The notes: generated by a model from the sequence alone, not told the origin. Positions 9,901 to 17,929 are shown, counted from the stretch's first letter. The stretch is 64,000 nucleotides of DNA from Thermoplasmatota archaeon (GCA_965234725.1 CBDDUX010000026.1:1-64000), one strand, 5' to 3'. Made by a program: numbers and translations.

Positions 9901-10504
9901 CAATATCTCGATAGACCTCAGGTCTGTGGATCGGATCGAGGAGGCAAACGGTATCTCGCCGATGTTGCTGTCCCTCATTATCCTTATTTTGATCATCATG
10001 ATCGCATTTGTGATCCTGTCACTATTTCTGGAGAGGACCTCATTCCCGATCCAGTCCGCATTGTTCAAGGGAGGCAATGTCAAAGAAGAGCAGGTCCTTG
10101 CAATTATCCAGGATCGGCCGGGAATAGGTTTCAGGGAGCTATCAGGGGAGAAGGGGATATCGAGAAAGGATCTGATCGCAACGATCGACCATCTCGAAAG
10201 GAAAGGAATGGCTAGGGCCGTTATCGATGGACATATGGTCAGGTTCCTTCCGATGATGGGTGCATTCGTTGAAGGACCCCTGGCACTCAACAGGTATCAG
10301 GAGAGAATCCTTAACATTATCCTGAAAGGGGGAAGATTGACGATCAATGAGATCTCCGAAGCATCAGGCTATTCCATGCGAAAAGTCGAAAGGGAGATGA
10401 AAATGCTGGAGCTGAAAGGCTCACTTACCATTAAGAACACTGAGAATGGGCCGCAATATTATCTTAACAGAAGGCAGAGGATGAGAGTTCAAAGGGACAG
10501 ATGA
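6905..10504 (+). CDS. Single-pass receptor-like protein: FG-GAP (integrin-alpha-like) repeats, cadherin/He_PIG-like Ig repeats, TM helix, cytoplasmic tandem wHTH
   Basis: Signal peptide MKKTVVVIGIIILF from ATG 6905 (the track extends to TTG 6827); GDVTGDDIDD, GDIDGSGIDDL and DINGDGKDDLMIGSP motifs; WL..G..SG.P.N..VG Ig repeats; TM LLSLIILILIIMIAFVILSLFL; tail IIQDRPGIGFRELS...IDHLE and LTINEISEASGYS...LELKG. Confidence 0.85.
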   Translation: MKKTVVVIGIIILFSCYIPVMDVVSIHDLDGYDEPIGDHSRNISLDPDWGPPGEGVLDIEGEVLYVPFFQYKGGDFALAAKSPGSTTPKIILTSSSEDRTLIAPIFLGKGLLRSSGEMDLILRDSSGNIYGVLLDHDIDPPIALGPSSLIYTGIVGRIALGDVTGDDIDDILHLDPDGNTMEFFEGPHPSAQGRAELNLPLAMDEIISGMDLTGDGISEIILWVNEDDNSTLMIYHGLTLTPLAVLNYGRNIFGISHGDIDGSGIDDLFMITSDGHPDPGMVVLFGEDLDFDTDISLEGLEITWNGTFTMGMEDLLALRDINGDGKDDLMIGSPFYDGGKGMFTVRYGGGRFWERSNSTREFMPDASYLGEDIHDSLGKGLLIVDDHDGDLLPDIFLNSGVGLKQLEMPENILPFAIQTARFTFEGGSTERITAQEGDRVDILCTAAGGNLGERDIIKAQVRTARTEKPTSSWVFLIEDGNSSGNYRGTLMLRSASVPGRSLGVVQNDIVKLSVLGLNGTDLLVKGVNGQQDPPYFIRGETEIEMMEDSDLDTLLTFIDPDGDVIELSQSMAPVWLSFEGPRSVGGTIQYRMYGMPDNGYVGWNNFTVTATSGGWGSDVQISIYVKNRVPIIKTGTTPRKIEEGSVYKAVFELDETGGNIVRELSSSGPSEIDWLDISDNGIVSGVPENRHVGNWTFNLTLDDGNGGIDWYLWDVEVINMAPDLIMPEINSCMEKVPLELDFNTLYEGDGLTGYVISISSSTEAVINSDGILELVPDITSTKVLMIDVWVTDGNGASTNATLKLDIINSPAKLLNPDILPDLLIAGTEYSFDLESDEEGEMEGSIPRFHYSFSPDPIIGPDGDRNTDGSISIRPWNLDAGNHSISIELQDWNDPEPAAYIWNFTVIEGSDFKDPYVEIHVKGRKGSKLVVDLEYGGGLPFSRIGVSVTDGISNFGTGSMFDLEKGGPVEVEVSLFSGPVIVYANCTINNTQHSTRSLSSNISIDLRSVDRIEEANGISPMLLSLIILILIIMIAFVILSLFLERTSFPIQSALFKGGNVKEEQVLAIIQDRPGIGFRELSGEKGISRKDLIATIDHLERKGMARAVIDGHMVRFLPMMGAFVEGPLALNRYQERILNIILKGGRLTINEISEASGYSMRKVEREMKMLELKGSLTIKNTENGPQYYLNRRQRMRVQRDR

Positions 10505-10510
10505 AAGGAT

Positions 10511-10678
10511 TCACTCATTATCTTCTAAAATGTCCTTGGCAATGTTCTCCAAGAGCTCTTCCAGGGTATTGGTCTTGTATTCCCTAATGGGTTTTTCCTT
10601 GGACGTGTGAGCGAGTATTTTTGCAAGGAAATAACTTGTTCCCTGGAATATCTCTATATCGTAGATGGTATCGGACAT
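10511..10678 (-). CDS. Small hypothetical protein (55 aa), absent from the ORF track
   Basis: Hand translation MSDTIYDIEIFQGTSYFLAKILAHTSKEKPIREYKTNTLEELLENIAKDILEDNE*. A purine-rich SD-like GAGGGAAGGA precedes the ATG. It sits directly downstream of tRNA-Phe on the same strand. Confidence 0.7.
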   Translation of the reverse strand: MSDTIYDIEIFQGTSYFLAKILAHTSKEKPIREYKTNTLEELLENIAKDILEDNE

Positions 10679-10717
10679 GTTCCTTCCCTCTTTCCTGCCT
10701 TTTCCTTCAAATATTGA

Positions 10718-10793
10718 TGGTGCGGTGGAGGTGACTTGAACACCCGACCTTCTGATCTTCAGTCAGACGCTCTCCCAGCTGAGCTACCACCGC
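10718..10793 (-). tRNA. tRNA-Phe (GAA), CCA encoded
   Basis: Reverse complement GCGGTGGTAGCTCAGCTGGGAGAGCGTCTGACTGAAGATCAGAAGGTCGGGTGTTCAAGTCACCTCCACCGCACCA folds as a cloverleaf with a GAA anticodon. Confidence 0.95.
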
Positions 10794-10886
10794 ATCACTT
10801 AGCAAAGCGGGATATCCATTCCCCATATAAAAAATATGCTTCGGTAAAAATTTAATTAATATATCGGAGTTAGTCGGCCAGGTGTA

Positions 10887-11276
10887 TTGTTGGTATCATA
10901 CGATCATAATACAGCATCCGATTCCAAAAGGGTGGATCTCCTTAGGAAATTGGAAAATCCAATGGGGTTCATTGGAGAGAGCACTCTTTCCCATATCTAT
11001 CATGATGGAAAATGGATGCGGGTCTCCGAGATCATTCAGTATGCGAAAACCGGTCCATCGGAAAAGGATAAGGTCCTTTCTTCCCTGGGTGAAAGGTTGC
11101 ATGATATCAGGACGAAGATGAGGTCCTCCGGTCTTTCATCAGATGAGGCAGTATCACTCTTTGAAGAGGGGATAACCGTCAAGAAAGCGATCTACATCTT
11201 AAGGAACGATGTTGCTCCTGACGGTGACCATTCCGATACCAGAAGATGGTTGAACTATGGTAGGTCCATAAGTTGA
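10887..11276 (+). CDS. Conserved archaeal hypothetical protein (resembles DUF5788 family)
   Basis: Helical protein with LL..L......IGE, EA..L..E....KKAI..L and D..RWL patterns that I recall from that family; TATA-like element upstream at ~10850. Confidence 0.55.
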   Translation: MLVSYDHNTASDSKRVDLLRKLENPMGFIGESTLSHIYHDGKWMRVSEIIQYAKTGPSEKDKVLSSLGERLHDIRTKMRSSGLSSDEAVSLFEEGITVKKAIYILRNDVAPDGDHSDTRRWLNYGRSIS

Positions 11277-11915
11277 TCAGAGGAACCAGTTCCGCAGATC
11301 TTGGAATTCCCTTGATACCTTGGAAAGGTCCATTTCATGGCCGACACCGGTACCACCACAGAATGTACAGTTGCCGGTCCCCCTGCATTCTGAACAATGG
11401 CCGTAACCATCACAGTAAGAACATTCCTTTGAACCCTTACATCTGATACATTGTCCGGATCCCTTGCAGTGGTTGCATTCGTCTGACCTGGTCCCTTTGC
11501 AGGTGGGACATGAACCGAACCCTCCACAGTAGGAGCATTTCTTGGTCCCTCTGCACATGATGCAGATGCCCGTACCTCCGCATTCTCTGCACTTATGGTT
11601 GCCTCTGCAATGGGAGCATCTTCCAGTTTCCCTGGCCAGACCAATTTCCATCAGGTCCTCCCAGGCCTCGGAACCCCTTCCCATCCTCATTTTAGTGGCA
11701 GCCATGAGGAACCAGGCATCCATATCTCCTGGATTCTGCTTTACAATGTCAGCGAACTTATCCAAAGCCTTTCGAAAGTTCTTGCTATCCATCTCTTCAA
11801 GACCGGAGCGCATTGTCGATCGCAGGGCAGAGGCAGAGGGAAGCTTCTGCTGACATTTGGCACAGTACAGCTCCCTTTCTCTGTTCTCTTCCCCACATTG
11901 GGGACATTTGAGCAT
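11277..11915 (-). CDS. Zinc ribbon + TPR + ten DnaJ-type CxxCxGxG repeats
   Basis: CPQC...CAKC N-terminus; TPR-like helices (ALDKFADIVKQNPGDMDAWFLMA); ten CxxC units with ~9-aa period. SD AGGTGA; starts 17 bp after the ftsZ stop. Confidence 0.85.
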   Translation of the reverse strand: MLKCPQCGEENRERELYCAKCQQKLPSASALRSTMRSGLEEMDSKNFRKALDKFADIVKQNPGDMDAWFLMAATKMRMGRGSEAWEDLMEIGLARETGRCSHCRGNHKCRECGGTGICIMCRGTKKCSYCGGFGSCPTCKGTRSDECNHCKGSGQCIRCKGSKECSYCDGYGHCSECRGTGNCTFCGGTGVGHEMDLSKVSREFQDLRNWFL

Positions 11916-11932
11916 TTGAAATCACCTGAGCT

Positions 11933-13114
11933 TCAGCGTATGAATTGGACGCCGTATCGCTCTTCCCTTCTGGTGTATCCTCTCTCCTTCTCTCCGAATG
12001 ATCCTACGGTCTTTCCGGAGATCTGTTCGGATGTGACACCCACCAGAACGAGCATGACCCTTATTGCTCCCTTGAGCTCAGGGTCTATATAGGCACCCCA
12101 GATTATCGAGGCGTTGCGGTTTATCCTTTCATTTATGTAATCGGCAACCGCCTCTGCCTCGGTGACGGTCATGTCCTCGCCACCTGTAACGCAGATGAGG
12201 GCACCATTTGCAGATGAGATGTCATATTCCAGGAGGGGAGAGTTGATGGCTTCTTCCACAGCTCTTGTTGCCTTCTCGTTCCCGTCATCGGATTCACCGA
12301 TACCGATCACAGCAACACCGCCTCCTTTCATAATGGTCTTGAGATCTGCGAAATCCAGATTCACAAGACCCACCTTGGTCACCATCTCGGTAATCCCTTT
12401 TATGGCCTTCATTAGGATCTCATCTGCCACCTTGAATGCAGCATTTAGAGGAAGTCTTGGAACAAGTTCAAGCAGTTTGTCATTCGGAATAACGATCACT
12501 GTATCGGAATTCTCCTCAAGTTCTGCGAGGCCCCATTCAGCGTTCTCCATCCTGGATTCTCCCTCACCCTGGAATGGCTTGGTAACAACTGCTATGGTAA
12601 GGGCCCCCATCTGTTTCGAGATCTCTGCTATGACCGGTGCGGTACCGGTTCCAGTTCCGCCACCCATGCCGGCAGTGACGAAGACCATGTCCGCTCCCAT
12701 GAGCGCCGCTCTGATCTCTTCTTCAGCTTCCAAGGCGGATTCCTTACCTATCTTGGGATTTGCCCCGGCACCCAGACCTCTTGTTGTCCTTTTACCAACA
12801 AGGATCTTGTGTGGTGCATGAATGGTAAGTAGATGCTGAGCATCTGAGTTGACTGCATAGAGGTCAGCACCGATTATGCCTTCTTCCACAATCCTGTTGA
12901 TGGTGTTTGAACCACCTCCTCCGCAGCCAACGATCTTGATATTGGTCCTGAGGGTGGAGAGTATCCTCCTTAGCTCCTCATCCTCGGGATTCGACTCCAC
13001 CTGGACGGGCGATTCCCTGACCTCAATTTCCCTCTCGGACTTCTCGTCATACTGAACTTTCTTATCGTATTTGTTCATGTATTCGTTTATGATGGATTTG
13101 AATCCCACAGCCAT
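11933..13114 (-). CDS. ftsZ: Cell division protein FtsZ
   Basis: GCGGGGSN, tubulin signature GMGGGTGTG, NDKL and T7 loop LVNLDFADL. Confidence 0.98.
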   Translation of the reverse strand: MAVGFKSIINEYMNKYDKKVQYDEKSEREIEVRESPVQVESNPEDEELRRILSTLRTNIKIVGCGGGGSNTINRIVEEGIIGADLYAVNSDAQHLLTIHAPHKILVGKRTTRGLGAGANPKIGKESALEAEEEIRAALMGADMVFVTAGMGGGTGTGTAPVIAEISKQMGALTIAVVTKPFQGEGESRMENAEWGLAELEENSDTVIVIPNDKLLELVPRLPLNAAFKVADEILMKAIKGITEMVTKVGLVNLDFADLKTIMKGGGVAVIGIGESDDGNEKATRAVEEAINSPLLEYDISSANGALICVTGGEDMTVTEAEAVADYINERINRNASIIWGAYIDPELKGAIRVMLVLVGVTSEQISGKTVGSFGEKERGYTRREERYGVQFIR

Positions 13115-13388
13115 TCCTCCAGTGAGTGCTCTCCTATGTCCTTCTAGGGGACCTAGAAATACCCCCGACCCACCATTGCCATTTCATATTATATATGTTT
13201 TGTAACCTCATCGAAAGTATTCTGGACGATCATTGATGAAATTGACATCGGTTCGATCCTTTTCATCCCTTCGATCGGCCAATTCTATTATTGGGATGAT
13301 CCCTATTTTTATGGGAAATTATTAATAACCCTTGATAAAGAAAGGTTTTTTTTCAAAATGGATATATAATGTAGCGGTGAATTGTCGA

Positions 13389-13570
13389 CTGCTTTGGGAT
13401 TAGGAAAGGGAATTACCACGTGATGGATATCCTTTTCGATCTGTGTTCAAAGCAGGGGACCCATTTAGTCACTCCGTGTCCCCTTGAGATCTGACATACC
13501 CTGAAACCCGGTTCGGGGCCAGATCAGGCCCCGGACACTTCTTCTGTATCTCTGGGAAGAGTGGTCCTGT
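13389..13570 (+). ncRNA. Candidate structured non-coding RNA (four consecutive hairpins), family not recognised
   Basis: Stems CTGCTTTG/CAAAGCAG, GGGGAC/GTCCCC, GATCTG/CAGATC enclosing CCCTGAA/TTCGGGG, and GGACACTTCTTC/GGAAGAGTGGTCC. TATA-like ATATATAA at 13362-13369. G-U pairs favour the + strand. Confidence 0.45.
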
Positions 13571-13615
13571 TTCAATTCATCCAAGAGTTAAATATCACTT
13601 TCACGATATCTTAGC

Positions 13616-14146
13616 ATGGAAGGTCCCGAGAAGGTCTGCAAACCCAAGGGTGACTGCAAATACGAGGTTGTAATGGATGAGTGTCCGCCCCCAAGGAGGG
13701 ATCCCTGGGATATATATTTCATGAAGATCGCAAAACAGGTGGCATCAAGGGGGACATGCTCCAGAAAGCATGTTGGATGCGTTATCGTCAGGGACAGGAC
13801 GATCCTGGCCACCGGTTACAACGGGTCCATAAGGGGAATGCCCCACTGTGATGAGGTGGGACATATGATGGAAAGCGGTCACTGCACTCGTACCGCTCAT
13901 GCAGAGCAGAACGCCATTGCTCAAGCGGCCAGACATGGCATATCAGTGATGGGAGGAGACCTTTACGTCACAGTTTCACCATGCTGGAACTGCTTCAAGA
14001 TAATCGCAAATGCTGGGATAGAGCGGCTTGTTTTCGGTGAGTTCTACAGAGATGACAGGATATTCGATGCCGCAGAACATATCGGCCTGGAACTTGTCCA
14101 TCTAACAGAAAATGGTGAGCTTAAGGTCTTCGTGAAAGGATCATGA
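13616..14146 (+). CDS. dCMP deaminase (ComEB-like zinc-dependent cytidine deaminase family)
   Basis: WD.YFM.IA..VA.R.TC....VG, TGYNG, HAEQNAI and SPCWNC motifs. Confidence 0.92.
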   Translation: MEGPEKVCKPKGDCKYEVVMDECPPPRRDPWDIYFMKIAKQVASRGTCSRKHVGCVIVRDRTILATGYNGSIRGMPHCDEVGHMMESGHCTRTAHAEQNAIAQAARHGISVMGGDLYVTVSPCWNCFKIIANAGIERLVFGEFYRDDRIFDAAEHIGLELVHLTENGELKVFVKGS

Positions 14147-14167
14147 TCACATGGAGGACCAATAGCA

Positions 14168-16000
14168 TCAGATCTTGAGGTCCTTGCTTTCCAATCTTAG
14201 CTTTCCCAGTTCCTTTCTTGCCCTTTCCACCAGTGGTTTGGAGTTCCTGTAGTACTCATTGATCACGTTTGCGACCTCCTGGTAGTTGGTCATTCCCGAA
14301 TAGGCAAGCCATCTGATGACATCGGCCCTGTCGTGGATCTCTCCGGTGATCTCTTCCGTCGTCATCCCTTCCCGGTCCATTATCTTCTCATAGAGATTGG
14401 AATGTCCGGAGAACCTGAACTCATCCTTGGCCGGATTCCAGGTATATACCTTGTTGGAGATGATCTCCTGTGAGACAGGGTCCTGGCCAACGACCTCGAC
14501 AAGATCCTTGATCCTTCTTGTCCTCTTGTTCTTGACCCTTACCTGGGCCTGTAGAACGACCAGATTAAGACCAAGAATGAGGATCCTTGGAATATTTATT
14601 GGAGGGTTTTCCAGCCTGTGGACAATGGCCGAAACCGAATCAGCGTGGATCGTGGCGTATGTGACCTGTCCGGTCGCCATGGCCTGGAATACTGCCATGG
14701 TCTCCTTGCCTCTTACCTCGCCCACGATCATATATTCAGGCCTCTGTCTCAAGGCTGCCACAAGCAGAGTGTACATGTCGATGGATTGACCTGTGGTCTC
14801 TCCCTTCTTCTCCCTGGTGAGACCGGCGATCCAGTTCATATGAGGAAGCTGCATCTCCCTGGTATCCTCGATGGTTATGATCTTCGAAGATGGAGGAATG
14901 AAGTGGGAGATAGCGTTAAGGGTCGTGGTCTTACCTGAGGCCGTTCCCCCGGAAACCATCATTGTATCACCGTACTGGACGGCCAGCCATAGGTGGGCTG
15001 CCATCTCGGGTGAAAGTGTCTTGAAGAGGACCAGATTGATCATGGTCAGGGGGTCCTCCTTGAACTTCCTGATGGTGAATGAGGATCCCTTTGTGGTGAT
15101 CTCCTTCCCGAACGTTGCGTTCAGCCTGGAACCGTCAGGAAGTGTGGCATCGAGTATCGGATGCATGATGGAGATATGCTTTCCTGATCTCTGGGCAAGG
15201 TTCACAACGAACTCATCAAGGTTCTTTTCGTCCTCGAAGACCACGTTGGTCATTGTGTTCTTGTACTTCCTGTGAAAAACGAAGATCGGAATATCTGTCC
15301 CATCACAGGATACGTCCTCCATATCCAGGTCTTCCATCATTACCTGGATCTTGCCGTATCCGAGGAAATAGCACGTCAGATAATAGAAGATCTTCTCGAA
15401 GGAATCTATCTCCAGGTGCTTTCCGGCCTGTGCAAGGAACTTCCTCATCTGGTTGCGGAGCCTCATCTCGTTCTCGATATCATCAGCCGAGGTCCTGTCC
15501 ACATCGATGTTCTTCTCCAGCGTCATCTTCAGGTAATCGTGGAGGTACTTCTCCTCCTCATTCAGAGGAGGTTCGATGGCTTCATACAGGATGTCCTTGG
15601 TCCTCTGGTTTCGGAGCATTCTTGTGAAGGAATAATTATCCCTCACGGGTTTGAGTTCTTCGACCTGCTCCCATTCCCTCTCATCGAACTGAGGGATCTC
15701 ATAGAGTATGGTTCCTTTGAGGTTCTCGTTGTCCTGCTTCCTTCTCATATAACGGAACCTCTCCATGGGCTTCATCTCTTCAAGGATCTCTGGGTCGAAC
15801 TCCTGCTCCTTTGCCTTTTTTACAACCTTCCCGCCTCCGGAGAAGAGCCATTTCACATCAAGAATGGACCTTTTCTTTCCGGTCTTGGTATCCTTCAAGA
15901 CCACGTCTTCCTTGTCCATTGATATGAGCTCTGAGGATACCTCCTCCTCGGTTTCTGTCTCTATCTCCCCTTCCTTTGCAGGTTCCGCAGCCCCTTCCAT
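14168..16000 (-). CDS. Archaeal type IV pilus / type II-IV secretion ATPase (FlaI/PilB/TadA-like)
   Basis: GYGKI...M.D...EDVSCDG, LDATLPDGSR, FTIRKF, Walker A GGTASGKTT, IEDTRE, ALRQRPEY.IVGEVRG and ATIHA. Confidence 0.93.
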   Translation of the reverse strand: MEGAAEPAKEGEIETETEEEVSSELISMDKEDVVLKDTKTGKKRSILDVKWLFSGGGKVVKKAKEQEFDPEILEEMKPMERFRYMRRKQDNENLKGTILYEIPQFDEREWEQVEELKPVRDNYSFTRMLRNQRTKDILYEAIEPPLNEEEKYLHDYLKMTLEKNIDVDRTSADDIENEMRLRNQMRKFLAQAGKHLEIDSFEKIFYYLTCYFLGYGKIQVMMEDLDMEDVSCDGTDIPIFVFHRKYKNTMTNVVFEDEKNLDEFVVNLAQRSGKHISIMHPILDATLPDGSRLNATFGKEITTKGSSFTIRKFKEDPLTMINLVLFKTLSPEMAAHLWLAVQYGDTMMVSGGTASGKTTTLNAISHFIPPSSKIITIEDTREMQLPHMNWIAGLTREKKGETTGQSIDMYTLLVAALRQRPEYMIVGEVRGKETMAVFQAMATGQVTYATIHADSVSAIVHRLENPPINIPRILILGLNLVVLQAQVRVKNKRTRRIKDLVEVVGQDPVSQEIISNKVYTWNPAKDEFRFSGHSNLYEKIMDREGMTTEEITGEIHDRADVIRWLAYSGMTNYQEVANVINEYYRNSKPLVERARKELGKLRLESKDLKI

Positions 16001-16191
16001 GGATTACACCCTCTTTTTTCCAAATAAATACGAACAGTACAGCTGGTCGTGCGAATAGCCGATGGTGATTATTTAATTGTTGTCTCAGAATCCTCCATGA
16101 GGGATATTATGTCCTTCGGGATGCCCTGGGATGGCCATTGATTTGAAAGGGACCTTTGATGGTTTTGAAAATTATCATAAGATATACATTG

Positions 16192-17823
16192 TCAGAAAAC
16201 AAGGTCCTTTGTGGACCCTGTGGCCTTCCAAAGCTCCCTGAGACCCTTCTTGAACATCTCCGGGTCCTCCGTGATTATCCTGTCGACGATAGCATCCATG
16301 CCCTGGGCATATCCCACCTCGTGTGTGGTGTAGGACCATCCGGATGTCTTGGCAAGGTCCAGATGCTTGACGAATGCGAATTTTGCAGCCTTCAGCTTGA
16401 TGTCATCACCCGTGAAGGAGGCCAGGACCTTGGATGCTCCTGGTTCGCCCCTCACCAAATAGGAAACCGCGCACTCGTAGGCGAATTCGACCATCCTTGG
16501 TGGGTTCTTTGGTTTCGGGAGAAGTTCCCTGATCCGTTTCTCCTCGAGAGTGAACCTCGCCTCGTCAATGACGGTCAAGGGCTGGAATCTCGGTACCGGA
16601 TACTCTTTGAAGATCCTGGATGATATCTCCTTGTCCTTGACAATGTCTAATAAAAGGCTCTCCCCGACAGCTCCCCAGAATGGTGCCATGATCTTGTTCG
16701 GACTGGGGTCATCTGATAATATTGGTCCCTCGGCCAGTTCCAGGAACCTTTTCACGATCTCAAGTTCCCTACCGGTAAGTTTCAATTTATCCAGCATTTC
16801 CGATGTGGAGTTTCCATAGCATGTGTTACCGATGATATATACGGTCTTCCCTATCTCCTTCAATCTCGCCTCGTATTCGGCCCTTTCCTTCTCAATGAGC
16901 CTGTGGTCCATCATCTTACCCTCGAGATAATTATCGACATTGGTAGGAGGTTTTACCTTGCCCAACCTCTCGAGGAAACCCATTTTCTCTTCCTCTTTCG
17001 GAGGAGGTTTGCAAGGGCAGGTTGGCCCTCTATTGCAGATAGGATTGACGATCACATCCACCTTGAAATGTTTGGAGATCCTGTCGCTTGCCATATACGA
17101 AGCGCATGTGGCATAGATATTGTCCTCGTTCTGCAAGGTATGGGTGAGGGACCTTGACATATCCAGACCCGCAGGGACCCATCTAACGACCAGGTAGGGT
17201 TCTTTCAATGGTTCCCTTTTCTCGACCTTTGCAGCATCTTGGTCCCTTGAATGGATCACATTGCCAGTTCGTTTCATGTCCTTACCAAGTCTCTTCGGTA
17301 GCGGATCGAGGACCTCAGGCGGAGGTGTAGGATCAGACCCGGTACAGATCACCTCATCTTCGGTAATGAACATGAAAAGCTTCTTCTTCTTGACCTCTTC
17401 CAGGTATGCCATCATCTTTATTCTGGGGTTGTCATAGTTCTGGACCCCTGCAAGCTTCTCTCTGCTTGTGGAGCCCCTCAGGGCATATCCGATATCCCCG
17501 AATGGTGACTTCAGCACTGCCAGGTACTGGATCTTTTCTTCATGGTTCAGTAGCAATGTGGCCGCATATGCCCTTGCAAGTCGGTCGCCCTTCTTGGCAG
17601 CTTTTTCAAGAGCGCTCTTGTTGTCCTTCTGACCCTGGATCTCCCTCAATCTTTTTTCCAGACTTTTGAAATAGGGTACATTGACAGAACATTTCGGAAG
17701 TGCTAGTGTAGGGTCCTGGGCCAGCCTCTTTGCTTTTCGTTTCAGCTCTTTTTCGAGCCCCCTGGAAGCTGTCTTCGCCCCGGTCCTGACCTTGAAGTTC
17801 TTCTTCCTCCCCACCGAACTCAT
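16192..17823 (-). CDS. Conserved hypothetical protein (basic, 543 aa)
   Basis: Long ORF with genome-typical codon usage. No motif I can assign; the N-terminus resembles uncharacterised Thermoplasmata proteins from memory. Confidence 0.75.
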   Translation of the reverse strand: MSSVGRKKNFKVRTGAKTASRGLEKELKRKAKRLAQDPTLALPKCSVNVPYFKSLEKRLREIQGQKDNKSALEKAAKKGDRLARAYAATLLLNHEEKIQYLAVLKSPFGDIGYALRGSTSREKLAGVQNYDNPRIKMMAYLEEVKKKKLFMFITEDEVICTGSDPTPPPEVLDPLPKRLGKDMKRTGNVIHSRDQDAAKVEKREPLKEPYLVVRWVPAGLDMSRSLTHTLQNEDNIYATCASYMASDRISKHFKVDVIVNPICNRGPTCPCKPPPKEEEKMGFLERLGKVKPPTNVDNYLEGKMMDHRLIEKERAEYEARLKEIGKTVYIIGNTCYGNSTSEMLDKLKLTGRELEIVKRFLELAEGPILSDDPSPNKIMAPFWGAVGESLLLDIVKDKEISSRIFKEYPVPRFQPLTVIDEARFTLEEKRIRELLPKPKNPPRMVEFAYECAVSYLVRGEPGASKVLASFTGDDIKLKAAKFAFVKHLDLAKTSGWSYTTHEVGYAQGMDAIVDRIITEDPEMFKKGLRELWKATGSTKDLVF

Positions 17824-17863
17824 GGGACATGAGTACGACTTCCCCTATTTCAAACTGACCGTT

Positions 17864-17929
17864 ATCACCAGGTTATGGGAACTAGGGTAAAGGTTATATC
17901 CTGGTTATTGGATCCAATAACTGAGTAAT
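17864..17929. promoter_or_regulatory. Three ATAAC-N3-GTTAT-like operator sites upstream of thiR-thiBPQ
   Basis: ATCAC-CAG-GTTAT (17864-17876), ATATC-CTG-GTTAT (17896-17908) and ATAAC-TGA-GTAAT (17917-17929). The last two together contain the perfect palindrome GTTATTGGATCCAATAAC (17904-17921). Confidence 0.6.

Noticed and set aside
11255-11644. 129-aa minus-strand ORF in the track
   Set aside because: Alternative frame inside the CxxC-repeat gene; its Ala/Val/Thr periodicity is a shadow of the Cys repeats.
12162-12821. Long antisense ORFs over ftsZ, and likewise over the pilus ATPase and coiled-coil genes (e.g. 15272-15922, 55786-56544)
   Set aside because: Ser/Phe-rich antisense shadows of well-supported genes caused by codon bias.
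13452-13535. Resemblance to a TPP riboswitch (AGGGG...TGAGA...ATACCC...)
   Set aside because: The conserved CUGAGA context and the ACCUGAU...UAAU...GCGNAGG P4/P5 core are absent, and the downstream gene is not thiamine-related. Kept only as an unknown structured RNA.
13525-13540. CAGGCCCCGGA resembling SRP RNA helix 8
   Set aside because: The GNRA loop and downstream AGCAG half of the motif are missing, and the region is too short for archaeal SRP RNA.
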